From: Bifidobacterium breve
GTDB lineage: Bacteria; Actinomycetota; Thermoleophilia; Miltoncostaeales; Miltoncostaeaceae
Length of the DNA: 64,000 nt
Assembly: GCA_945861935.1 (NCBI GenBank)
Contig: CAMAVU010000001.1
Span: forward strand, 45,845-109,844
Reading direction: 5' to 3'
The notes under the pieces were generated by a model. The model did not search any database, was not told the origin of the DNA, and saw only the letters and a program-made list of their open reading frames with translations. Shown here piece after piece: positions 33,782 through 42,383 of the stretch. Positions within the stretch are counted from its first letter, which is position 1. Each line of letters opens with the position of its first letter. A program made the position numbers and the translations under genes.

Positions 33782-34555
33782 TCAGCCGTGGACGGCAGCG
33801 GTGCTCTCCCGGTCGCGCTTCGACAGGGTGAACAGCAGGTGCAGATGCGTCCAGCGGAGGCGGGGTCCGAGGCGCTGCTCAAGCCGCAGCATGCGCGAGA
33901 GCACCCATCCCGGAATGGGCGTCCGGGAGAACACGCCACCGGACAGCACATACGACGGACCGGTCAGCGACGGGCCCTCCTCGACGAGGAAGTTGGGGAA
34001 GCTCTGCTCGAAGGCGGCGCGGTCGCGGCGGAGCAGGATGTATGCCAGTGCCTGATTGGAGTCCCAGCGCTCGTCTGTGGATCCTCCCCACGCAGCAGCG
34101 CCCTCGTCGTATGGCTCCGGATGAAGGTGCCGGAAGACGAAGCGGGCGAGAGGGCTCCAGTACGGCTCGATACATGCGACACACCCGCCGGGTGCAAGGA
34201 CTCGATCGGCCTCGGCCATGAACGCCGGCACGTCAGGGATGTGGTGCAGAACATCCTTCATGATGATGGCCCGTATCGCTCCGTCGCCGAAGGGGAGGAC
34301 CTCGGCGCGGCACGTGATATCGACTGTGGGGTCGTCAATCACATCGGTGACGAGCACCCTGGGATCGAGGTCGTGCACCATCCCCGGGGCCCCACCGATC
34401 TCCACCACGGTCCCCGTGGTGGAGATCGGTGTACGGGCGACCTGGTCGAGAAGTCGCGAGTACATATCGTGGTACACGGACGAGAGATACGGATCACAGA
34501 CGATTGCGCGCCGGATGGCCTGGGGAGGGGAATCGCGGTCCACTCGCTCACGCAT
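33782..34555 (-). CDS. class I SAM-dependent methyltransferase
   Basis: 257 aa with VVEIGGAPG (motif I), LPFGDGAIRAIIMKDVLHH and LAPGGCVACIEP. Confidence 0.75.
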   Translation of the reverse strand: MRERVDRDSPPQAIRRAIVCDPYLSSVYHDMYSRLLDQVARTPISTTGTVVEIGGAPGMVHDLDPRVLVTDVIDDPTVDITCRAEVLPFGDGAIRAIIMKDVLHHIPDVPAFMAEADRVLAPGGCVACIEPYWSPLARFVFRHLHPEPYDEGAAAWGGSTDERWDSNQALAYILLRRDRAAFEQSFPNFLVEEGPSLTGPSYVLSGGVFSRTPIPGWVLSRMLRLEQRLGPRLRWTHLHLLFTLSKRDRESTAAVHG

Positions 34556-34654
34556 GGGGACTTCTCGTCGGGTGGTCGGGTGTCACGCTGTCCAGTCGTC
34601 GTTCGCCCGGCGCCTGAATCCGGGTGCCCACCCAGTCACGGGATCGTCTGAACA

Positions 34655-35482
34655 CTACCCAGCGAAGGGCCGGAGAGGCACGCCGAGGGGCGCGCCGCCG
34701 CCGACCGTCGGCGTCGGGGCGTGAATGACACCGAGGATGTTGTCGGCACGAAACGGCAGTGGGACCCGGGAGAACTCGGCGAGGCGAAGGCCGGCGATGG
34801 CGACTGCGGAGGGCAGGCGGATGATCCGGACGCGGCGCCCGTCGCGCCGGGCGATTCGCCGGGCAATCTCCTCCAGTCGGAGGGCCTCAGGATGGGCGAT
34901 GGGCAGCGGTCGGTCCGCCGGGATGGTGTCCTCGACGGCACGGAGTATGACGGCGGCGAGATCCCGCGCATGCACGAGGACCTGGTTGGCGACCTCCACG
35001 CGCGGTACCGGTATGATGGGCAGACGTCGGACGGCGGCGCGCATTCCCGCCACCAAACCGCGATCGCCCGCGTCGTCCCATACGAGCCCCGGCCGGACGA
35101 CCATGGCCCCGCGTTCGGCCGCGATCGACTCGATGGATCGCTTTGCGGCGCCGTACGTCGATGGCACCTCCGGCGCCGCGGACATGGACGATGTGATAAG
35201 GATCCGGGGCACGTCCGCGAGTGTCGCGGCGTCGAGGAGTCGGCGAGTCCCCTCAACATTCACCTCGGCCTCCTGGGCTGATACGCGCAGGTACGCGTAC
35301 GCGCAATGGATGAGCGCATCTGCTCCCACGAGCGCGCTCGTCAAGCGTGGCCGACCATCGTTGAGGTTGAATGGGGGTGTCGATCCCCGACCGAGGGGAC
35401 GCACCGTGTGACCGCGTGCGCTGGCCTCGCGCGCCACATGTTCGCCGATCAGACCGGATGCGCCCGTGATGGCGACCACCAA
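34655..35482 (-). CDS. NAD(P)-binding SDR/epimerase-family protein
   Basis: 275 aa with AITGASGLIGEH (TGxxGxxG) and STYGAAK (YxxxK). TTG at 35482 or GTG at 35479. Confidence 0.7.
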   Translation of the reverse strand: MVVAITGASGLIGEHVAREASARGHTVRPLGRGSTPPFNLNDGRPRLTSALVGADALIHCAYAYLRVSAQEAEVNVEGTRRLLDAATLADVPRILITSSMSAAPEVPSTYGAAKRSIESIAAERGAMVVRPGLVWDDAGDRGLVAGMRAAVRRLPIIPVPRVEVANQVLVHARDLAAVILRAVEDTIPADRPLPIAHPEALRLEEIARRIARRDGRRVRIIRLPSAVAIAGLRLAEFSRVPLPFRADNILGVIHAPTPTVGGGAPLGVPLRPFAG

Positions 35483-35530
35483 GGGTTTCTGATGTCGCCG
35501 GTGGGGTTCGTTGGTCGTCAGGGCAGCGCC

Positions 35531-35561
35531 TTGCCTCGGATCTGGTGATGTCCTTTAGTAT
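35531..35561 (+). promoter_or_regulatory. candidate sigma-70-type promoter giving a leaderless mRNA for the GT2 operon
   Basis: TTGCCT (35531-35536), then a 19-nt spacer, then TAGTAT (35556-35561) in a locally AT-richer patch. The in-frame ATG at 35569 lies 8 nt downstream, compatible with leaderless initiation. The spacer is longer than optimal. Confidence 0.3.
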
Positions 35562-36540
35562 CGTCGACATGTCCGCCCCCGCCGCCTCTGCAACCCCCGC
35601 CCGTGAAGCACGGATCGCGGTGCTCATCCCGTGCCGGGACGAGGCCAGCACCATCGCCAGCGTGGTCCATGCCTTCCAACGGGCCCTCCCGACTGCGTCC
35701 GTCTATGTCTACGACAACTGCTCGACCGACGGCACGGCCGATGTCGCGCACCGTGCCGGGGCGATCGTGCGGCATGAGACGCGCCCGGGGAAGGGGCTTG
35801 TAGTCCGGCGGATGTTCGCCGACGTGGACGCCGACGTCTATCTCATCGTGGATGGCGACGATACGTATGACTCATCGGTGGCCGCTGAGATGGTTGAGAT
35901 GCTTCTCTCGCAGGAACTGGACATGGTGGTCGCAGCTCGGGGGGCCAGCGACAACGACATCGATGAGCGCCGCGGTCACGCAATGGGGAACCGCCTTTTT
36001 TCGCGGGTGGTCGCCTCGTTTTTCGGCCGGGCGTTCACCGACGTTTTCTCGGGGTACCGCGTCCTGTCGCGGCGGCTGGTCAAGACGTTCCCGGCGGAGT
36101 CCTACGGCTTCGAGATCGAGACCGAGATGACGGTGCACAGCCTCGATCTGATGTTGCCGGTCGGGGAGATCACCGCTCTGTACGCCGCTCGTCACATGGG
36201 GGGTGGTGAGAGCAAACTCCGGACGATCCCCGATGGGGCGCGGATAGCGGGAAAGATCATCAACTTGTTCCGGCACTCCCGCCCGCTCGCATTCTTCTCG
36301 ATCCTCGCGCTTCTTGTCACCTGCGTCGCATGGGCAGTTGGCGGCGTTGTCGTGGTGGAGTACATCGATACCGGCCTCGTTGCACGTCTGCCGTCAGCCG
36401 TGCTCGCGTCGGCTCTGCAACTGGTGGCCGTGCTGCTCGTCGCAACCGGCCTCATTCTCGACTCGGTTGCGCGTGGACGGCGGGAGGCGAAGCGGCTCGC
36501 CTATCTGGGTTACATCTCGCCAAGGGTGGATCCGCACTAG
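35545..36540 (+). CDS. GT2 glycosyltransferase with two C-terminal TM helices (GtrB/ArnC-like polyprenyl-phosphate sugar synthase)
   Basis: IAVLIPCRDEASTI, YVYDNCSTDGT, IVDGDDTY (DxD). The C-terminal helices FFSILALLVTCVAWAVGGVVV and ASALQLVAVLLVATGLIL are followed by a basic tail. Possible starts: GTG 35545, ATG 35548, ATG 35569. Confidence 0.8.
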   Translation: MMSFSIVDMSAPAASATPAREARIAVLIPCRDEASTIASVVHAFQRALPTASVYVYDNCSTDGTADVAHRAGAIVRHETRPGKGLVVRRMFADVDADVYLIVDGDDTYDSSVAAEMVEMLLSQELDMVVAARGASDNDIDERRGHAMGNRLFSRVVASFFGRAFTDVFSGYRVLSRRLVKTFPAESYGFEIETEMTVHSLDLMLPVGEITALYAARHMGGGESKLRTIPDGARIAGKIINLFRHSRPLAFFSILALLVTCVAWAVGGVVVVEYIDTGLVARLPSAVLASALQLVAVLLVATGLILDSVARGRREAKRLAYLGYISPRVDPH

Positions 36541-38036
36541 TGGAGTCGGTCGGAGTCGCGGTCGTGGGATCCGGCCCCGCCGCCCTCGCCGCGGTTCTCG
36601 CCCTCCGGCGGCGTGGTGTGAGTCCGACCGTCATCGATGCCGGTATCACTGCCACGACTCCACCCTCGGCCTCCGCATCCATGCCGAGCGCGACGGATGG
36701 GTCGGGATTGCCGGACAAGACGTTCGGGGGCTCAGACTTTCCCTACCGGGTTCCCCGGGTGCGCACGTGGGAGATCGACGATACGTGTGCGCTGCGGGGA
36801 TCGTTCGCTCTCGGGGGGTTCAGTACGGTGTGGGGCGCGGCGGTCCTTCCGTTCACGGCAGCCCAGATGGCGGCGTGGCCCATTGGAATCGAGGATCTCC
36901 GCCCCCACTACGCCGCGATTGCGGAGGTCGTTCCGACCTCTGGAGTGTGCGGTGACGCCCTTGATGCCACCTTCGTGGACCTTCCCACCAATCCCCGCCC
37001 CCTCGCCGGTGTGCGTGCAACGGAGGCGATGGCGTCACGGCTCACCCGGGATGCCGTGCACCTTGGGCGACGCGGACTCATCGGCGGGCGCGCCCGGCTT
37101 GCGGTTGATGCCGGTGACGGGCCGAACGCGTGCACCTACGAAGGCGCGTGCCTCGCCGGCTGCCCCCGGGGGGCGATCTTCGACGCCGGGGACATGATCG
37201 CTGCGCAGGCAACGACGGGCGCCATCACGTACGTCGGCGGCACGGTGGTCCAGAGGCTGACGAGCGTCCCCCGCGGCGTCGTGTTGGACCTGTCCGACCT
37301 GACCGGTGGATCCCAGCGGCGGGTGCACGCCACCCATGTCCTTCTCGCCGCTGGCGTCCTCGGCACCGCGGACATCATTCTGCGATCGCAGGGTGCAGGC
37401 GTTCGTGTGCTACGGGCACTTGACAGCCAGTACTTCCTTGCGCCCCTCGTCCGGTTGGGAGCCCAGGAGATCGATCCGCATGCTGTGGCCCTGAGCCACC
37501 TCTTCCTCGAGGTCGAGGTGTCGTCATCCGGTGAGATGAGCCATCTCCAGGTGTATCCGCCGAACGCTCTCCTGCTCGGCGTCCTCAGTGACCGCCTCGG
37601 CGTGCACGTCGCGCGTCGGGCGATCCGCCACGTGATGGGCCTGCAAGGGTTCCTGCCGTCAAGCCAGTCCGGGGTGATCGACATCCGTCTTGGCAGGGCG
37701 GGCACGCTGGCTGTGTCGGCGCGCCCGAACCCGGAATCGGGTCCTGCCGCCCGACGCGTCCTGCGGCGTCTCGTCGGCGCGGCTCGGCAACTCGGCGGCG
37801 TGCCCGTTGCCGGGCAGATGGTGATGGCACCGGTGGGTCGGGGGTTCCATTCCGGGGGGACGCTTCCGATGACGTCTGACCCGGCAGTGGGTGGCACCGA
37901 CACCCTCGGCAGCCCGCCGGGGCTGCCGAGGGTGCACATCGTGGATTCAAGTGTGTTCCCGACCATTCCGGGAGGGACCATCACCTACACGGTCATGGCG
38001 AACAGCCATCGCATCGCGAGCGGGGTCCCCCTGTGA
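36540..38036 (+). CDS. GMC-family FAD-dependent oxidoreductase
   Basis: A GTG at 36540 overlaps the GT2 stop by 1 nt (TAGTG). VAVVGSGPAALAAVLAL (GxGxxA), C-terminal GFHSGGTLPM and VHIVDSSVFPTIPGGTITYTVMANSHRIA (GMC C-terminal signature). Confidence 0.75.
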   Translation: MESVGVAVVGSGPAALAAVLALRRRGVSPTVIDAGITATTPPSASASMPSATDGSGLPDKTFGGSDFPYRVPRVRTWEIDDTCALRGSFALGGFSTVWGAAVLPFTAAQMAAWPIGIEDLRPHYAAIAEVVPTSGVCGDALDATFVDLPTNPRPLAGVRATEAMASRLTRDAVHLGRRGLIGGRARLAVDAGDGPNACTYEGACLAGCPRGAIFDAGDMIAAQATTGAITYVGGTVVQRLTSVPRGVVLDLSDLTGGSQRRVHATHVLLAAGVLGTADIILRSQGAGVRVLRALDSQYFLAPLVRLGAQEIDPHAVALSHLFLEVEVSSSGEMSHLQVYPPNALLLGVLSDRLGVHVARRAIRHVMGLQGFLPSSQSGVIDIRLGRAGTLAVSARPNPESGPAARRVLRRLVGAARQLGGVPVAGQMVMAPVGRGFHSGGTLPMTSDPAVGGTDTLGSPPGLPRVHIVDSSVFPTIPGGTITYTVMANSHRIASGVPL

Positions 38037-39991
38037 CCGGTGGTATCCGTCGTCTCGTCATGAGGTCGGGCCTCACCGCAGTAGATGGTGCGTTCTACAG
38101 GCGTGACACCGGTCGGTCGTGGCTTCCGGTTCCGGTTGCCCGGCTGCACTTCTCACTGATCGGGCAGTGGCGCGGCCACAGCCCGTGTGAGGCTTTCGAT
38201 TCGCGATTCGTCGCGGATCAAGTCGCGATGCAGACGGGCACCCGCCCGCGATCGGCGTGGCTGGCTGGCACAGCACGGGGATTCGGCCGTGCACTCCACA
38301 TCTCCCCGTTCCAGGTTGCCGAGCCTGTGGGATTCGGCCTTGATGAGCCGGACGGGTCGGTGGTTGCCGGATTGATGGCAGGCATGCCCGGAGCGCTCGC
38401 CGCACGGCGCGTCCACCCCTGCATGGACGCTGAGGCTGTCATCGGTCTCACCGACGCAGGACGCCTGTTCGCGCGGATTGCGGCGGCGCGTACGGGTGAA
38501 GGTCGCCCGGTGGTGGTGGACGTGGACGTCCTGTTCGTGAACGGTGACCAGTACTGCCCACCGTGCACGCACTACCGGGTGCTGAATCCGGTGGAGATAC
38601 TGAGGGAGCGAGGGTGGTCGGTAACTGCGGTGGATGCCGCAGACCTCCACCGCCTGTCAGGGTGTGATATCCGCGCCCGCGTGGTCGTGGTATTCCGTGC
38701 GTTGCCGGATCCGGTGCTCTCATCGTGGCTCGACCGTCTGCGTCGGCACGGCGCACACATCGTCTTTGATGTCGACGATCTCCTGTTCGACGGTCCACGA
38801 TCGCTGACGGCGATGCAGTTCGGTGAGGGTCCGGGACAGCGCCTGGACCCTCCGGGGTCGGAGCGGGGCCGGGCCGCCATGGCGGGTGTCGCCCGTGGGT
38901 GCGATGAGCATTGGGCGCCCACCGAGGACATCGCCGCCGCCTTCCAGGCGGAGGGCATCGGTGAGGAGCCTATGATCCTCCCCAGCACGCTGTCCAGCAC
39001 GCAGTTGGCCGTCGGGGCGGCCACTCCCCGCGCACCCAGCGGAAATCGCGTGACGATCGGCTACTCCTCCGGTACCGCGACGCACGCCGCGGACTTCGCG
39101 GTCGCCGCACCCGCCCTGCGATCGGTGCTCAGGGCGTATCCCGATGCGCGTCTGGTGGTATTCGGACCCCTCGACGTCGGTGCCTTCGACCTTCCAGCGC
39201 ACCAGGTCATCCACGACGAGGTCGTCACGCGAGGCTGGGGTGACCTGATGCGGAGGATGGCGTCCATCGACATCAACGTGGTACCACTCGAGATCCTCAA
39301 TGGGTACTGCCGGGCGAAGAGCGAGGTGAAGTATCTGGAGGCGGGTTGTGTCGGCACGCCGACGCTCGCCACACCGACTCCAGCCTATGCACGAGCGATC
39401 ACACATGGGGAAACGGGCCTGCTCGCGTCGGATGAAGCGGCTTGGACAGAGGCCCTGATGAGTTTCATCGCCGACCAATCTCTGCGGCGGCGCCTTGGTG
39501 CGGCCGCGCAGGAGGATGTCGCGGCGCGCTACGGCCCATCTGGTAGGTACGCGGGTCGGTATCTCGCCGCCATTGATGCCCTGCACGGCGGGGACCGATC
39601 CACGCCCGAGGTGTCCGCGGGATGGGCGTCGGTACTCGGCTCCGGGGCGGAGGTCGACGCTCTGCGGGATCCGGCACGGGTCCTCATCGTCGTCGACGAG
39701 GGCCTGTCGGACGAAGGAGACCTCATCGTGGAGGCCATCCGTACGCGGTGGCCGGGGCTGGACGTTGCCGTGGTGGGGCTCGATGACGCGGGCGTGGCCG
39801 TTGCCGGGCGCCTCGGGATCGCGGCGTGGCGTCCGGGTGACTCGCTCGTCGACCTCGCGACGGCGCTCCGGCGCGCACGGGTCGTCATCGCTGCAGACAG
39901 CGTCCCTGACGGGATCGCAGCCCTCGTCGCTGCAAGTGGGGTCCCGACGGGGGTATGGAACCGGCAGGAGCCCCCGGCGGTGCTCAGGTGA
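38033..39991 (+). CDS. glycosyltransferase (GT-B, GT1/GT4-like) with N- and C-terminal extra domains
   Basis: GTGA overlap with the GMC stop. The central/C-terminal GT-B core has RVTIGYSSGTATH and SEVKYLEAGCVGTPTLATPTPAYARAITHGETGLL. The roughly 170-aa N-terminal and roughly 130-aa C-terminal regions are unassigned. Confidence 0.65.
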   Translation: MTGGIRRLVMRSGLTAVDGAFYRRDTGRSWLPVPVARLHFSLIGQWRGHSPCEAFDSRFVADQVAMQTGTRPRSAWLAGTARGFGRALHISPFQVAEPVGFGLDEPDGSVVAGLMAGMPGALAARRVHPCMDAEAVIGLTDAGRLFARIAAARTGEGRPVVVDVDVLFVNGDQYCPPCTHYRVLNPVEILRERGWSVTAVDAADLHRLSGCDIRARVVVVFRALPDPVLSSWLDRLRRHGAHIVFDVDDLLFDGPRSLTAMQFGEGPGQRLDPPGSERGRAAMAGVARGCDEHWAPTEDIAAAFQAEGIGEEPMILPSTLSSTQLAVGAATPRAPSGNRVTIGYSSGTATHAADFAVAAPALRSVLRAYPDARLVVFGPLDVGAFDLPAHQVIHDEVVTRGWGDLMRRMASIDINVVPLEILNGYCRAKSEVKYLEAGCVGTPTLATPTPAYARAITHGETGLLASDEAAWTEALMSFIADQSLRRRLGAAAQEDVAARYGPSGRYAGRYLAAIDALHGGDRSTPEVSAGWASVLGSGAEVDALRDPARVLIVVDEGLSDEGDLIVEAIRTRWPGLDVAVVGLDDAGVAVAGRLGIAAWRPGDSLVDLATALRRARVVIAADSVPDGIAALVAASGVPTGVWNRQEPPAVLR

Positions 39992-42345
39992 CCGACGCTC
40001 CGTTCGCAGCCTGCACCATCGTGACGGCAAGTCACCTCTCCCGGGCGGCCGTCCTCGCGGGGTCCCTTGGCAAGGTTCACCCGGACGTTGTTCTGCAGGT
40101 AGTGGTGATCGATGCCCCACCGCATCACGTCACCGCCCCCGGTGGCACGCGTCTGCTCCCCGTCTCGGCCCTACCGATCGGCGAAGGTGAGTTCCTCGAC
40201 ATGGTGGCCGTGTACACGCCTCTCGAACTCAGTTGCGCGCTCAAGCCCTGGGTGGTCATGGCGTTGTTTGACGGCGGCGCACGTCGGGTTCTCTACCTCG
40301 ATGCCGATGTGCTCGTCCTGGATGACCTCGGGGCGTTCGCCCGGGAGTCCGACGGGCCCGGGATGGCGTTCACCCCGCATCTGCATCGGCCCATCCGTGC
40401 TGTCGAGCACGAAACCGACGTGGAGGGTGTGATCCTCGGCAGTGGGCTGATGAACATGGGCGTGTTTGCTGCGTCGCCGAGGGGAGTTCCCTTCCTGCGG
40501 TGGTGGGCCCTCCGTCTACGCCGCGACTGCGTGGTTGACCCTGCGCGCCATATGTTCGTTGACCAGCGCTGGGTTGATGTGGGGCTCACCACCTTCCCGC
40601 ACGCCGTGACGGAGGACGGCGGTGTCAACGTCGGGTGGTGGTCCCTCAGTGACCGTGAGATCACGGCGAGCCCGTCGGGCGCATGTCTCATTGACGGGGT
40701 GCCTATCCGTGCGCTGCACCTGAGCGGCTTTTCCCCGGATGCGCCCCACTCCCTCAGCGTCCATGCGGGACCGCGACCGCGTGTACGGATGTCGGAGCAG
40801 CCGATCCTGCGCCCCCTCTACGCGGCGTATGCGGCGGCCGTCCTCGATGCCGGAAACACCTGGGCACCTGAGACCCCGTACGGATTCGCCCGACTCCCCG
40901 GTGGGCTGCCCTATGACGCGAGCATGCAGCGCGTCTACCGTCATGCCCTCATCGCCGCCGAGCATGGGGTCGGTGAGCGCCCTCCGCGCCCGTTTGACCC
41001 GACGGGAGACGGAGCCTTTATGGCCTGGCTCGCGGCGCCGACCGGACCAATGGGGACAGCCGTTCCCGTCTCCCGCTACCTGAGGGCTGTTCATCTCGAC
41101 GTGCCAGCCCTGCGCGAACGCATCCCCGACCTGGATCGGGCGGATCCCGCCGCGCTCGCCGCATGGCTCGACGCGGACGGGTGCGCGGCGGCGATGGCCG
41201 CCCGCGTCCTCTCGCCGCTTCCTCCCCCGTCGCTCTCGCGGGATCGTCAGGGTGCGCTGATGCTTGTTGTCTCGGAATCCGGCCCAACGGAGGGTGTCGA
41301 AGTCGATGCCGTTGCTGTCGCCATGGCGGACGCCATCACGGATGCCGGGGTCGCCGCATGTCATGTCACCGCGATGTCAAATGGCTGGTCCTCCGATGCG
41401 TCCCGGCGTGATCTGGGTCCGGCGCCACCGGTACCGACGTCTGCCCTTCTCGTCGGTGGCGTGGAGGTCATCCCGTCCCTGCACCATGCATATCGTGCGT
41501 TGGGTGATGCCCAGATGAAGCAGTACGGGGTGATTCACTGGCACGGGACGGCAGCGCCGTCGTCCGTTGCCGGGGCCCTTCGCGTCGCCGACGTGGTCTT
41601 CGTGCCCAGTCGTCAGGCTCGCGACGCCCTCACATGTGCCGGGGTCAGTGACGTCCGGGTCCTCGGGCTTCCCGTGCTCCCCACTCAGTCCGCCGGTTGC
41701 CGAGAGGCTCACGGGCTTGGTTCCCACCCGGTGATCTACACGACGGTGGATCTGGTGGATGGCGGCATCCGCAATGACCCCGCCCCGCTCGTTGCCGCTC
41801 TTGACCTGATGGCGGGAGTGACGGACCCCCCGCATCTTGTCATCGGCCTACGTGGTCGGGACGATCAGGTACTCGCCGGCGAGCGCGTTCGGGTGCTGGT
41901 CGCCGACAGGGATGACGTATTGGTCGTGGCTGTACCGGGTGGACCGCCATGGGCGGATCCATGGCTGGCGGAGGCGGATCTGGTGGCCTCACTGCATCGG
42001 CTCGAGGGGTTCGCCTGGCCCGCTGCGGTCGCGATGGCCTCGGGCACCCGGGTGATCGCCACGGCCTTCGGCGGGAATCTGGACTTCATGGACGCGTCCA
42101 ACGCGGTCCTGGTCGAACCCGCCGTCCTGGAGCCCCTCGGTGAGGATCTGGCGGGAGCGGCGGCGGGGTCCCTCATCGCGACGCTGGATCCGGGCGCCAT
42201 GGCCATGGCGCTCGAAGCCGTGCTCGGGGAGGGTGGGTGGGCCACGCGCCAGGCCGTCGTCAGGGGGAGGATGGTCGTCGAGCGGGCGTTCGCCCCCCGG
42301 GTCCTTGCGGGTGTCTTCGCGGCGCTCCCCGGTGTCCGGGCATGA
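39988..42345 (+). CDS. two-domain glycosyltransferase: GT8-like (GT-A) N-terminal domain plus GT4-like C-terminal domain
   Basis: GTGA overlap with the upstream stop. The N-terminal domain has FAACTIVTASHLSRAAVLAGSL and VLYLDADVLVLDD (DxD). The C-terminal domain has HRLEGFAWPAAVAMASGTRVIATAFGGNLDFM. Confidence 0.65.
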   Translation: MTDAPFAACTIVTASHLSRAAVLAGSLGKVHPDVVLQVVVIDAPPHHVTAPGGTRLLPVSALPIGEGEFLDMVAVYTPLELSCALKPWVVMALFDGGARRVLYLDADVLVLDDLGAFARESDGPGMAFTPHLHRPIRAVEHETDVEGVILGSGLMNMGVFAASPRGVPFLRWWALRLRRDCVVDPARHMFVDQRWVDVGLTTFPHAVTEDGGVNVGWWSLSDREITASPSGACLIDGVPIRALHLSGFSPDAPHSLSVHAGPRPRVRMSEQPILRPLYAAYAAAVLDAGNTWAPETPYGFARLPGGLPYDASMQRVYRHALIAAEHGVGERPPRPFDPTGDGAFMAWLAAPTGPMGTAVPVSRYLRAVHLDVPALRERIPDLDRADPAALAAWLDADGCAAAMAARVLSPLPPPSLSRDRQGALMLVVSESGPTEGVEVDAVAVAMADAITDAGVAACHVTAMSNGWSSDASRRDLGPAPPVPTSALLVGGVEVIPSLHHAYRALGDAQMKQYGVIHWHGTAAPSSVAGALRVADVVFVPSRQARDALTCAGVSDVRVLGLPVLPTQSAGCREAHGLGSHPVIYTTVDLVDGGIRNDPAPLVAALDLMAGVTDPPHLVIGLRGRDDQVLAGERVRVLVADRDDVLVVAVPGGPPWADPWLAEADLVASLHRLEGFAWPAAVAMASGTRVIATAFGGNLDFMDASNAVLVEPAVLEPLGEDLAGAAAGSLIATLDPGAMAMALEAVLGEGGWATRQAVVRGRMVVERAFAPRVLAGVFAALPGVRA

Positions 42346-42383
42346 TCGAGGCAGCGGCGTTAGGGGATTCGGGGCTCCGGTCC

